A DNA stretch of 64,000 bases from assembly GCF_001194135.2 (NCBI RefSeq), contig NC_068981.1, forward strand, positions 133,643,661 to 133,707,660. Reading direction: 5' to 3'. This DNA comes from Octopus bimaculoides. Lineage: Eukaryota. This document shows positions 11,602 through 23,756 of the stretch, one piece after another (positions within the stretch are counted from its first letter, which is position 1; the number at the start of each line of letters is the position of its first letter). The notes beneath the pieces were generated by a model that saw nothing but the letters and a program-made list of their open reading frames with translations, was not told the DNA's origin and ran no database searches. The position numbers and the translations under genes were made by a program.

Positions 11602-12643
11602 ATGAAAATAACACTAACATCTCATTTTAACAGATATATTTACCAAATTACATAAAAACTATCCTGAAATACTAAAGAGTAAATTTATTCAATAAAATCG
11701 CTATTGGCTTCAACCACGACTTCCAGACGACTTCGGAACCTCCCGCAACTCTTCTGGACGGTCCCCTTGTTTAAGTTGGTCAATGCTGCCATTATCCTTG
11801 CTTTCAATCATCTTTGGTGTTACAAGGAGTTTTGTTAGTCTCTCGCTCAACTGCGCCCCACACATAATAATCAAGAGGGTTGTAGTCTGAGAAGTTAGGT
11901 GGCCAGATGTTAGAGGTGATGTGGTCACAGAAATTGTCTGACAGCCATGACTGAGTTCTCTTGCTTTGTGGCATGGTATAGCGCCCTGTTGCCTGACAAG
12001 GTCTTCCAGCAGCCACCCTCTTGACCCTGGGCAGCACTACCTCTTCCAGGCACTTGATATAGGTCTCCATGTTGAGTCTGAGGCCGTGTGTGAAGATGAA
12101 TAGAGGCATAACGTCGCCATCAGTAGTGATCACTCAAAACAGCATGATGTTGACTGGATGTTTGATTTTATCCTGCTTGGTACATGTCCTCAATTTGTCA
12201 CTCAAACACTCTGAAATGCTGGTATTGAAGCTTCTGGCGCGAATGCCAAACAGTACAGCATGTCGTTTCCAAATTTCTGTCAGAGTGAATTGCGTCATGG
12301 TACTGTTTTTCTCACAGACGTATTATTAAAGTATATCACTAATGTTTGTGTTACTCTGAAAGAATTGTTTTCATGTTCCTAACTAAGAGAAAAATTGAGC
12401 TAACAAATCCTGAGCCCTAATGGTGTTCAATTTTGTCACTTTTTTCCTTTAACGAAAAAAAAAAAAGAACTCGGTGATTATTTAATTTACAGACGTTTCT
12501 AAGTTGTCCTGTGATAACGGTAACACATTCACAAGGACACAGGGATTGATGCGATGCTGTGTAGTCGACAAAATCAAAAACAAACAATGCGCATGCGCGA
12601 AATTAAAACTATAAAATGCCGACAATTTACCCATCGCACCCTG
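11602..12643 (-). mobile_element. DD37D (maT-type) mariner, internally deleted pseudogene
   Basis: Minus-strand peptide GDVMPLFIFTHGLRLNMETYIKCLEEVVLP...WPPNFSDYNPLDYYVWGAVERETNK, stop codon at 11685-11687. 5' TIR CAGGGTGCGATGGGTAAATTGTCG ends at 12643 with TA at 12644-12645. Combined with the 16.2-kb copy, the catalytic spacing is D-37-D. Confidence 0.85.
12321..12561 (+). repeat. 241-bp direct duplication, copy 1 (inside the mariner)
   Basis: Matches 13183-13423 with a single mismatch (CCTGAG vs CCCGAG). Confidence 0.95.
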
Positions 12644-13182
12644 TATATATAAAATCAGAAGGTATGTGAGGCGAATATATATTTATTTCACCAAGTGACT
12701 TCCATACAACTACTGACGTTTCGCTATTAATGTCAATATGGAAGAAATTATGCATATATGTTTCCATTAATTTGTATGATCAGTAATATACAATTGTCTA
12801 TTCAAACATCAATGCAAATAAAGAATGCTAGCTCGACAGATCACTGGAACTTCATGATTATACCAACAATTCAACTCGATGAGCATTCTGTGATAGCTAC
12901 ACAATTCTCTAAATCCACAACTTACACTACTCATTTGTGTGTGTGTGTGTGTGTGTGTGTGGCATGACAGAGTCTCATAAAAAGACACATGTTACTTACC
13001 TGGCTATTGTATTCGTATGTAATACTTAGCATATGCTGTTGCTATTGTTGCCGCTACGGCTACGAGTACTACCACCACCACCATGCCACCACCACCACCA
13101 CCATGCCACCACCACCACCATGACTACTACAGTACAGTTAAGGTTGACTAACATTTTTTTCTGCAATATTATGGAACATTCG

Positions 13183-13423
13183 TATTATTAAAGTATATCA
13201 CTAATGTTTGTGTTACTCTGAAAGAATTGTTTTCATGTTCCTAACTAAGAGAAAAATTGAGCTAACAAATCCCGAGCCCTAATGGTGTTCAATTTTGTCA
13301 CTTTTTTCCTTTAACGAAAAAAAAAAAAGAACTCGGTGATTATTTAATTTACAGACGTTTCTAAGTTGTCCTGTGATAACGGTAACACATTCACAAGGAC
13401 ACAGGGATTGATGCGATGCTGTG
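13183..13423 (+). repeat. 241-bp direct duplication, copy 2 (likely donor)
   Basis: Matches 12321-12561 and is embedded in non-mariner sequence. Confidence 0.95.
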
Positions 13424-13492
13424 AAACAATTCATATCCTCCTGTAAGGAAACACTATCAGCTGTTGCTTTCTAGAACTTCTCAATGCACCTA

Positions 13493-13945
13493 CAGGAGTA
13501 AGCATGGCTGAGTGGTTAAGGAGGTCGTTCTGCAACAACGTGGTCTCGGGTTCAGTTCCGCTGCACACACCTTGCACAAGTGTCTTTGATTGTAGAATCA
13601 GATCGGCCAGTCCTTTTGTGCGTGAGCTTTAATTGAAGGAAACTAAAAAGAAACTCATCGGATAGGTAGATAGATAGATAGATAGATAGATAGGTAGATA
13701 GATATGTGTAGTATATAGATATGTATGTGTGCTTTTGAGCTTGCGTTCGTCTTTCTTCGGCGCTTGACAGCCGGTGTTGGCTTGTTTGCGTCCTTGTAAC
13801 CCAACACTTCAGCAAAAGTGACTAACAGAATAAGTACCAGACTGAAAAATGAATACTGGAATCGGTATGTGCGGCTAAACCCATCTAGGTGGTGCCCCAG
13901 CATGGCCTCAGTTCAATAACTGAACCAACTAAAAGATGAAAGATA
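13493..13945 (+). mobile_element. SINE family B (tRNA head, CORE-like motif), full-length diverged
   Basis: GCATGGCTGAGTGGTTAAG...GGTTCAGTTCCGCTGCACACACCTTGCACAAGTG head, internal (GATA)n, and 3' tail GGTGGTGCCCCAGCATGGCC. Confidence 0.75.
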
Positions 13946-14600
13946 AGCAAATAAAGTAAAATAAAATAAAGTAAAGTAAAATAAAATAAAGAGCATATTT
14001 TTCGATGAGATCGATCCAAGCTATTTGTTCTCAAACATTCGACGTGTTACATTTACCAATTTACTGGTGAAATATGAGCTGGTTGTCGTTGACATAATTT
14101 CATTTACCATTTCTTTGGAAGCTACATATAAGAGATGTTTCTAGGTGTAGTTGCATAAATACATAGCAGCAACGTACACAAGTGGGACAGACAGAAAGGA
14201 AAACGTCAGTCTAGATATTATTAATGTCCAATGATTACATTAACGTGCATAGAGGGCTCTCGTCACCAACACTCTAAACTGAAAGCATTGAACAGATGGC
14301 AAGACTTCGTATCTCATACCAACATAGATTTTCTATTTAATTTTCTAGTCCTTTTCATACGTAACACACTTGCAAATATGTAACTATATCTATTTACTCA
14401 CACGCATTCAATTGTGCATATGTAATCATCAGATTCATACATAAAGACAAATACATACACGGAATAGTAGAGACACATGGAGACGCAGATACAGACTCAA
14501 CAATGCTTATACGTGCTTTTATTCACTCACAAAATAGAAAACAAACTCATAAATATAGAAACACTATAATGCACATAGACATACATACATACATACATTA

Positions 14601-14661
<61 letters not shown>

Positions 14662-15034
14662 ATATATATATATATGCATGTGTGTGTGCCTATATATAAT
14701 ATCTAAGTATTTGATATATAAACACACACACAAATGCACAGGCAATCACGCACGCACGTGTGTGCACACACACACACACACATACACACACACATATATG
14801 CGCAATCAGGTTCAGGTACACAATGCCAAATACTTATATCTGTATGGGCCAATAAGTATATGCCTTTATATAAAAGTGCGTGTTTGTATGTATATAATGT
14901 GTATGAGTGTATATAAATCCATATATACATATACATATATATATTTATATATACATACATACATACATAATGCACAAAAACGCACATGTATATATACACA
15001 CACCCGTGTGCATATACATATATANNNNNNNNNN

Positions 15035-15087
<53 letters not shown>

Positions 15088-16068
15088 TGATGCAGACACA
15101 TTTACCGATTGTCTGATATTTACTGCAACCACTTACACGCAGACACACAAAAGTTTGTCGATAAAGATGCATGCGTACAGATATAGAGAGAAAGGAGAGA
15201 GAGAGACAGACAGTTAAACGCATACTGATCTACATTCAGAAACATGATTATTGACACATTCGCACACATGTCTGCTTGAACCAATCACTTTAATGGCTCA
15301 GGTGATGTAGATAACATATTTATCAACCTGAGTGATCGATCTATAGTAAATGGGAGAGAAGTAAATAAAAATAGCACTGTGAAAATATCGATGTAGGACA
15401 AACGGACTTTTCACTTGTCATGTCTGAAACTCACACAACATTATGATACATGTACGTGTAAAGTTACTGTATGCATGCAAGTACGTATATATGTACATAT
15501 TTATGTGCGTGTGTGTGTATATATGTATGTATGTATGTATGTCTTGTACAGATACATTATATATATATATATATATATATANNNNNNNNNNNNNNNNNNN
15601 NNNNNNNNNNNNNNNNNNNNNNNNNNNNNNNNNNNNNNNNNNNNNNNNNNNNNNNNNNNNNNNNNNNNNNNNNNNNNNNNNNNNNNNNNNNNNNNNNNNN
15701 NNNNNNNNNNNNNNNNNNNNNNNNNNNNNNNNNNNNNNNNNNNNNNNNNNNNNNNNNNNNNNNNNNNNNNNNNNNNNNNNNNNNNNNNNNNNNNNNNNNN
15801 NNNNNNNNNNNNNNNNNNNNNNNNNNNNNNNNNNNNNNNNNNNNNNNNNNNNNNNNNNNNNNNNNNNNNNNNNNNNNNNNNNNNNNNNNNNNNNNNNNNN
15901 NNNNNNNNNNNNNNNNNNNNNNNNNNNNNNNNNNNNNNNNNNNNNNNNNNNNNNNNNNNNNNNNNNNNNNNNNNNNNNNNNNNNNNNNNNNNNNNNNNNN
16001 NNNNNNNNNNNNNNNNNNNNNNNNNNNNNNNNNNNNNNNNNNNNNNNNNNNNNNNNNNNNNNNNNNNN

Positions 16069-16123
<55 letters not shown>

Positions 16124-16218
16124 ATGTGCACATACATAAATACATATATAAATGTGGACAATAACTCTAAAAATTCATACTTATATATAAATACACAGAT
16201 TGATAGATAAATATTATA

Positions 16219-16660
16219 CGGAGGGTGCGATGGGTAAATTGTTGCCATTTTATGTTTTTTATTTCGCGCATACGCATTGTTTGTTATTGCTTTTGTCGAC
16301 TACAAAGTGTAGTAGGGTTAGTTGAGCACCGTCTGTAAGAAAGACAGCACTATGATGCAATTGCCAGAAATTTGGGAACGACTGGCTGTACTGCCTGGGA
16401 TTCCCGTCGGAAGCTCCAGTACCAACATTCCAGTGTGTTTGAGTATGAATCTGAAGATCGTGCAATCTGCTAACATGTACCGAGAGTGATAAAAATCAAA
16501 CATCCAGTCAACACAAGTGCCTGGAGGATGTAGTGCTGCCTGGGTCAAGAGGGTGTCTGCTGGAAGACCCTATGTCTGGCAACAAGACTCTGCACCATGC
16601 CACACAAGCAGGAGAACTCAGTATTGGCTGTCAGACAGTTTCTGTGACCACATTACCCCT
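16219..16660 (+). mobile_element. DD37D (maT-type) mariner fragment, second copy
   Basis: 5' TIR GAGGGTGCGATGGGTAAATTG after TA. Encodes YVWQQDSAPCHTSRRTQYWLSD. Two internal deletions; 3' end missing. Confidence 0.8.
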
Positions 16661-16692
16661 TTCAGTATTCCATGATATTTCGTATGTAGTTT

Positions 16693-16853
16693 TAGAGTGG
16701 CTGTCTGGTAAGAAGCTGGCTTCCCAACCGCATGATTCCGGGTTCAGTCCCACTGTGTGGCACCTTTGGGCAAGTGTCTTCTACTATAGCCTCGGGCCGA
16801 CCAAAGCCTTGTGAGTGGATTTGGTAGGTGGAAACTGAAAGAAGCCCGTCGTG
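16693..16853 (+). mobile_element. SINE family B, 5' half (runs into gap)
   Basis: GTGGCTGTCTGGTAAGAAGCTGGCTTCCCAACC...GGTTCAGTCCCACTGTGTGGCACCTTTGGGCAAGTGTCTT. Confidence 0.85.
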
Positions 16854-17848
16854 TATATATATATATATATATATANNNNNNNNNNNNNNNNNNNNNNNNN
16901 NNNNNNNNNNNNNNNNNNNNNNNNNNNNNNNNNNNNNNNNNNNNNNNNNNNNNNNNNNNNNNNNNNNNNNNNNNNNNNNNNNNNNNNNNNNNNNNNNNNN
17001 NNNNNNNNNNNNNNNNNNNNNNNNNNNNNNNNNNNNNNNNNNNNNNNNNNNNNNNNNNNNNNNNNNNNNNNNNNNNNNNNNNNNNNNNNNNNNNNNNNNN
17101 NNNNNNNNNNNNNNNNNNNNNNNNNNNNNNNNNNNNNNNNNNNNNNNNNNNNNNNNNNNNNNNNNNNNNNNNNNNNNNNNNNNNNNNNNNNNNNNNNNNN
17201 NNNNNNNNNNNNNNNNNNNNNNNNNNNNNNNNNNNNNNNNNNNNNNNNNNNNNNNNNNNNNNNNNNNNNNNNNNNNNNNNNNNNNNNNNNNNNNNNNNNN
17301 NNNNNNNNNNNNNNNNNNNNNNNNNNNNNNNNNNNNNNNNNNNNNNNNNNNNNNNNNNNNNNNNNNNNNNNNNNNNNNNNNNNNNNNNNNNNNNNNNNNN
17401 NNNNNNNNNNNNNNNNNNNNNNNNNNNNNNNNNNNNNNNNNNNNNNNNNNNNNNNNNNNNNNNNNNNNNNNNNNNNNNNNNNNNNNNNNNNNNNNNNNNN
17501 NNNNNNNNNNNNNNNNNNNNNNNNNNNNNNNNNNNNNNNNNNNNNNNNNNNNNNNNNNNNNNNNNNNNNNNNNNNNNNNNNNNNNNNNNNNNNNNNNNNN
17601 NNNNNNNNNNNNNNNNNNNNNNNNNNNNNNNNNNNNNNNNNNNNNNNNNNNNNNNNNNNNNNNNNNNNNNNNNNNNNNNNNNNNNNNNNNNNNNNNNNNN
17701 NNNNNNNNNNNNNNNNNNNNNNNNNNNNNNNNNNNNNNNNNNNNNNNNNNNNNNNNNNNNNNNNNNNNNNNNNNNNNNNNNNNNNNNNNNNNNNNNNNNN
17801 NNNNNNNNNNNNNNNNNNNNNNNNNNNNNNNNNNNNNNNNNNNNNNNN

Positions 17849-17894
<46 letters not shown>

Positions 17895-17902
17895 TTTGTG
17901 TG

Positions 17903-18140
17903 TGGAGGCGCGTGGCTTAATGGTTAAGGTATCGGCATCATGATAGTAAGGTTGTGGTTTCGATTTCTGGACCGGGCGACGCGTTGCGTTCTTGAGCAAA
18001 ACACTTCATTTCACGTTGCTCCAGTCCACTCAGCTGGCAAAAATGAGTAACGCTGCGATGGACTGGGGAACACATACGCCATTTGAAACCGGGAAACCGG
18101 GCCCATGAGCCTGGCTAGGCTTTAAAAGGGCGCATTTATT
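17903..18140 (+). mobile_element. SINE family C, tail type 1
   Basis: GGAGGCGCGTGGCTTAATGGTTAAG (A box), GGTTTCGATT (B box), TTGAGCAA.ACACTT..TTTCACGTTGCTCCAGTCCACTCAGCTG core, and GAAACCGGG tail. Confidence 0.8.
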
Positions 18141-18670
18141 ATATTATATTATATATATATATATATACAGGTGTATTACTTTGGCGCTCGGGAAGATTGA
18201 AAAAGTGTTTGACGTTTCGAGCCTACGCTCTTCGAGAGAAAGGGAGGAGACGAAAAACTAGACAGGAGGAAAAATGGGGAGAGAAAAAATATATTGGGGC
18301 TAACTCTTTCGCGGAGAGAGAGAGCGAGAGAGAGAGAGAGAGTCTTACCAGCATAGACCCTATGCTGCTGAGCATGTTCTTATGTCCTTCTTAAACTATT
18401 GATCATAATGATAGCGTTACTTCCGGCAGAAGCGCTTCTTTCAGCCGTGTCAAGTGGTGTCATTAGTATCAGGAAATAACCACACTGCAGCACATGTTCT
18501 CACATGTGTATTCTCACATCCACTTACTCATTCATCACTTTTATACGAGAATGTAGAGGTAGCAATCATCAGAACGCTGTAATTATTTTAATTCTTCATT
18601 TAAAAATCATATATCCAGACACTAGTATCATAGTTCAAATAACTTGCATGGTAGGAAACAATTTATGGTG

Positions 18671-18747
<77 letters not shown>

Positions 18748-18933
18748 CTAATTATGACTGATGTTGCAGGGTAGCACCTGCATTGCAAGAAATAAGAGTT
18801 AAAAGAAACCCTTAACCACAAGGTTAAAGGTGTTTTATAATTTTCACATTACTATTTTGTTGAATCAGCCAGAGATTCATATGGTAAATACTGTACACTG
18901 ACAGTCGAGACTCAGGTTGACCATCCAGCGATG

Positions 18934-18992
18934 GAGTAGTCACTACTGATGAGCTTTAATTTTAAGCGAAACTAGTCTAGTATAGTGACCTC
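18934..18992 (+). ncRNA. Type I hammerhead ribozyme
   Basis: Stem I GTCACTA (18939-45) / TAGTGAC (18983-89), extended by GAG/CTC past a UA bulge. Core CTGATGA (18946-52). Stem II GCTT/AAGC with a 7-nt loop. GAAA (18968-71). Stem III ACTA/TAGT with a GTC loop. GUA cleavage triplet, predicted cut after 18982. Confidence 0.8.
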
Positions 18993-19914
18993 GGAAACGA
19001 GTATATAAAAAGCCAACTTATCATAGCGAGTCAAAATCGCAAATGAGTTTGATTTCGAATTCTGTGATGAACACTTAGTCCTCATCAGTTAGTATTACTG
19101 CCGAAAGCTAAATATACTCGTGTCACCATGTATATATATANNNNNNNNNNNNNNNNNNNNNNNNNNNNNNNNNNNNNNNNNNNNNNNNNNNNNNNNNNNN
19201 NNNNNNNNNNNNNNNNNNNNNNNNNNNNNNNNNNNNNNNNNNNNNNATATATATATATATATATAACATATATACATGTATACATATGAGTTGGACATAC
19301 ATAACCGAGGGCTAAATATACTCACGTCATAATGTATGGATATATATGTCCCCATGTTTAAATATATGAGTCATACATACATGCATATATACATACATAT
19401 ACAATATATGTATATATGTCATTATTCAGTTTTATTTCAAGATTTCTTGCCAATAGAGAAAGAACCGGTTTCTAACCTAGATCCAAGGCTCTTCATTAGA
19501 ATTTCAACAACATCAACAAGATATTTCTAGTATGAATGCATGTATGTATACGTGCAGATTTGTATGTGTTGTTTAGTATGTAGTGAAGACGCGTAAATTA
19601 TTGGTCAAGTTGTTGACTCATAACGCGTTTTAATCAGATTTTCATCGACTTTAATTCTCAGGCTTAATCTGACCACTTTCAACACTCGCATTTCTTTATG
19701 AATACTATGATTTCTCTTGCCTAATGCTTCGGCTCGTTGCCATTCACGCTCTGCTCAAATGCTTTTGGCAATATGGAAGTATAACCTTCTTGGAGATGTC
19801 TACATAGACTTTATTGTTCATGACACTCTTGTTCTGATGTATGGAAGCAACCCCAAACGATAACATCAACATCATTTTGGTTGACTGTTGGATTCAAGCT
19901 GTCTACTTGAAATT

Positions 19915-20400
19915 TTCCTCTTTCTTCCTCTCCACTCTTCCTCTCTTTCTTCTCTTCCTCCTCCTTCTCTTCTTCCTCTCTTTCTTCTCTTCCTCCTCCC
20001 TTTCTCTTCTCTTTCTTCTCTTCTTCCTCCCCTTCTTCTCTTCTTCCTCTCTTTCTTCTCTTCTTCCTCTCCTTTTCTTCCTCCCTTTCTTCTTTTCTCC
20101 CTCCCTTTCTTCTTTTCTCCCTCCCTTTCTTCTTTTCTTCCTCTACTTCTCTTCTTCCCTTCTTCCTCCCCTTCTTCTCATTCTTATCTTCTTCTTCTCT
20201 TGTTCCTCTCTTTCTTATCTTCTTCTTCTCGTGGCCCATTTCCTTTTCATTCTGTGTCTTCATCATTTTCTTCTTTTCTTTTTCTATCCGCTTCTTTCTC
20301 TACTTCTTTTCCTCCTCTCCTTTTCCGTCATCTTATTTCCTTCTTCTTCCCTATCTCCTATCCCTTTTTCTTCCTCTTCATCCTCTTCTTTCGTTACGGT
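19915..20400. repeat. ~490-bp polypyrimidine/polypurine tract including a 20-bp unit x3 (20081-20140)
   Basis: Almost exclusively C/T on the plus strand. Confidence 0.9.
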
Positions 20401-21033
20401 TTTCTCCTTTCTCTCCACCAATTCTTATTGTTTTTCACTTTCTTCTTTTATTTATTATTCCTGTTGTTGTTGTTGTCGTCGTAATTTTCCTTGTTATTGT
20501 TTATCATTATTATTATTATTGCTGTTGTTTTTATTAGTAGTAGTTGTAGTAATATAATTCTTCTAGTTTATACTGTATCGGTGTGTGTATGTGTGTGTGC
20601 ATGTGTGTGTGTGTGTGCGTGTGCTCTATGAGGGGCGCTTATGAGCATAAAAGAAAAGAGAGACCAATAATATATGTATGTATGTATGTATGTATGTTTA
20701 CATATATACCCATATATACACAAACATGCGTATACACATATGTACATATGAATTCACCAGCATGCTAACACACTCAGTATGTTGTTGTCGTCGTAATCTT
20801 CCTTGTTATTGTTGTATGTATGTATACATATATACCCATATATACACATGTATGTATGTACGTATGTATGTATGTATACATATATACCTATATATACACA
20901 AACATGCGTATACATATATGTACATATGAATTCACCAACACGCTAACACACTCAGTTGTCTTTGCCACACTCAAACACACACACACACACACACATATAC
21001 ATATATATTATATGTACATATATATGTATATAC

Positions 21034-21106
<73 letters not shown>

Positions 21107-21174
21107 AATACATAAGTAGGTATAAATACAAATGTATATATAAGTATATGTGTTTGTGTGTACACGTATAGAGG

Positions 21175-21242
<68 letters not shown>

Positions 21243-22220
21243 CAGACATATATGTACATTCAGAGTATATACGGATATAGAGTTTCCCATAATACAATAG
21301 TCTCACACGACACGCACCACCTACAAAATCCATCATATCATTTCCACAGTTTCCTTTCAGATCGGTAATACGAAACTAACACACCACGCTATCTGGGAAT
21401 TATTGAATGATTTATAGTTTGAAGACATTCTCGCTAAAGTCATGTCCCGCATTTATGTATGTTTGAGGTTGTTCGGTGCCTGGCTCTATTGACAGTATGT
21501 GTCCATACAATAAATGTTTGCTCTAGAGTGCTGTGATCCAAAACAGCCGACCATCTAACCAACAGATTAACCAGCAAACTCTATCCCTAACCGCCCGACA
21601 AACCAACAAACCAGGCAGAGCTCTTTTCTGTCGATTATGGATTTTTTTTTTTGTTTGTCTCACATTATATGCGGGTGTATGTTTCTGAATATATATATAN
21701 NNNNNNNNNNNNNNNNNNNNNNNNNNNNNNNNNNNNNNNNNNNNNNNNNNNNNNNNNNNNNNNNNNNNNNNNNNNNNNNNNNNNNNNNNNNNNNNNNNNN
21801 NNNNNNNNNNNNNNNNNNNNNNNNNNNNNNNNNNNNNNNNNNNNNNNNNNNNNNNNNNNNNNNNNNNNNNNNNNNNNNNNNNNNNNNNNNNNNNNNNNNN
21901 NNNNNNNNNNNNNNNNNNNNNNNNNNNNNNNNNNNNNNNNNNNNNNNNNNNNNNNNNNNNNNNNNNNNNNNNNNNNNNNNNNNNNNNNNNNNNNNNNNNN
22001 NNNNNNNNNNNNNNNNNNNNNNNNNNNNNNNNNNNNNNNNNNNNNNNNNNNNNTTGTGTGTATTTACATTTACGCATTATCATACTTATATAGTTATCGA
22101 AATGTAAATGCACCACACACACACACAAGTATAGTATAGGTATCTGTTATGTAAATAATTCAATAGGTAAATAGATAGACATACAGACATCTATGCATAC
22201 CTATATAAATATATTATTCT

Positions 22221-22860
22221 AATCCCCTTCAGCCATTTGTCTATATCTTTGCTTACTGTCCCCAACGCACCAATTATTATAGGGACGACTGTTACTGTTC
22301 TCATGCTCCAAATTCTTCCAATTTCAAATTTTAAGGGATTGTATTTTTCTTCTTTTTTTTTTTTTTGATTTTCTTCCTATTTCTTTTCGATCCTGGAATC
22401 AAACGGGCATGATGGGTCGACTTCGCTTTTCCTCATCTATAATTGTTATGTCCGGTCTATTATTTTCTAACTTCTTGTCTGTTTGAATAGGAAAGTCCCA
22501 CAAATTTTTACATTTCTCTGACACCAGTACTCTTTCGTGTTCCCAGATTCAAATCCCCATTTCTGGTACAGTTTCCGGTGTAAAACTTTTACAACCTGGT
22601 CGTGCCTCCATTTCTTATATTTTTCCTATGCTAACTTGGGGCATTCTTCCGCAATGTGTGCCACTGTCTCGTTCCAAGTTCCACATGCTCTACATTTTTC
22701 TGACACATTCTCTCCATATATATTTTTTCTCAAGCTGTTTGTTTTTATCACTCTGTCGTGGGCTGCTACAATTAGGCTTTCTGTTTCTTTTTTTAATTGC
22801 CCCTTTTTTTTAACCAAACCCAGGATTTTTTTCCACATACGTATTCAGTGGCTCTCCAAA
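22221..22860 (-). mobile_element. R4/Dong-like non-LTR retrotransposon fragment (CCHC + RLE endonuclease region)
   Basis: Minus-strand peptides G.LKKETESLIVAA.D, CRACGTWNETVAHIAEECPKLA, WRHD, WDFPIQTD, NRPDI and VVPIIIGALG. Confidence 0.85.
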
Positions 22861-22876
22861 ATTATATTATTATTAT

Positions 22877-23273
22877 TTTTTGATGAAAACTCACAGCTTA
22901 TTTTGCTGGGTATGATGGAGAGTATCAATTGTCCACAGCCAGCAGATTAAGGTGACACTTGTTTACTGGTCATGCTTCAAGAACCCTGCGAAGAATTCTT
23001 GCAGTTCAAAAAAATGCTGATTTTTGTAGGTGTTCTACCTTCACACTTGCACCAATCTGTGTCAGCCATGTTGGTAGTTGAGTGCTGATACTTCCAAGTG
23101 CACCAATTACTATTGGTATCACGTCTACTCTCCTCACTGACCACAACCTTCGTATTTCCCACTTTAAATCGTAGTAGTTGTTCAGTTTTCCTTCTTTCTG
23201 TTTCATCCTGTTGTCACCGGGACATGCTATGTCGATTATCAGACATGTTCTTTCTTTTTTTCTCATCACAAGA
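22877..23273 (-). mobile_element. R4/Dong-like 3' fragment 2
   Basis: CLIIDIACPGD...DLKWEIRRLW...VIPIVIGALG...LQKSA, then 3' UTR and a (TAA)n tail. Confidence 0.85.
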
Positions 23274-23313
23274 ATTATTATTATTGTTGTTGATGTTGTT
23301 GTTGTTGTTGTTA

Positions 23314-23753
23314 TGTGATAAAAAACTTAGTGTATTTTGCTGGGTATGGTGGAAAGTGTCAGCAGTCCACGGCCAACAGACTAAGGTGACACTTGTTTAC
23401 TGGTCATGCTTCAAGAACCCTGCGACGAATTCTTGCAGTTCCAAGTAATGCTGATTTCTGTAGGTGTTCTACCTTCACACTTATATCAATCATTTTAAGC
23501 CATGCTGGTAGTTGAGTGCTGATGCTTCCAAGTGCACCAATTACTACTGGTATCACGTCTACTCTCCTCATTGACCACAACCTTCATATTTCCCACTTCA
23601 AATTGTCATAGTCGTTTATTTTTTCCTCTTTCTCTCTGATCTTGTGGTCACCGGGACATACTATGTCGATTATCATGCATGTTCTTTCTTTTTTATTCAC
23701 CACAACAAACAATGTCCGGCTTCCGATGTCTAGTCAGGTGATTGCACTGAAGG
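23314..23753 (-). mobile_element. R4/Dong-like 3' fragment 1
   Basis: Starts at RHRKPDIV, is collinear with 22877-23273, and is flanked by (CAA)n/(TAA)n on both sides. Confidence 0.85.
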
Positions 23754-23756
23754 ATT

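Noticed and set aside
19811-20557. Lys/Glu/Arg-rich and Leu/Phe/Ser-rich ORFs
   Set aside because: Translations of the polypyrimidine tract, which lacks stop codons by composition.
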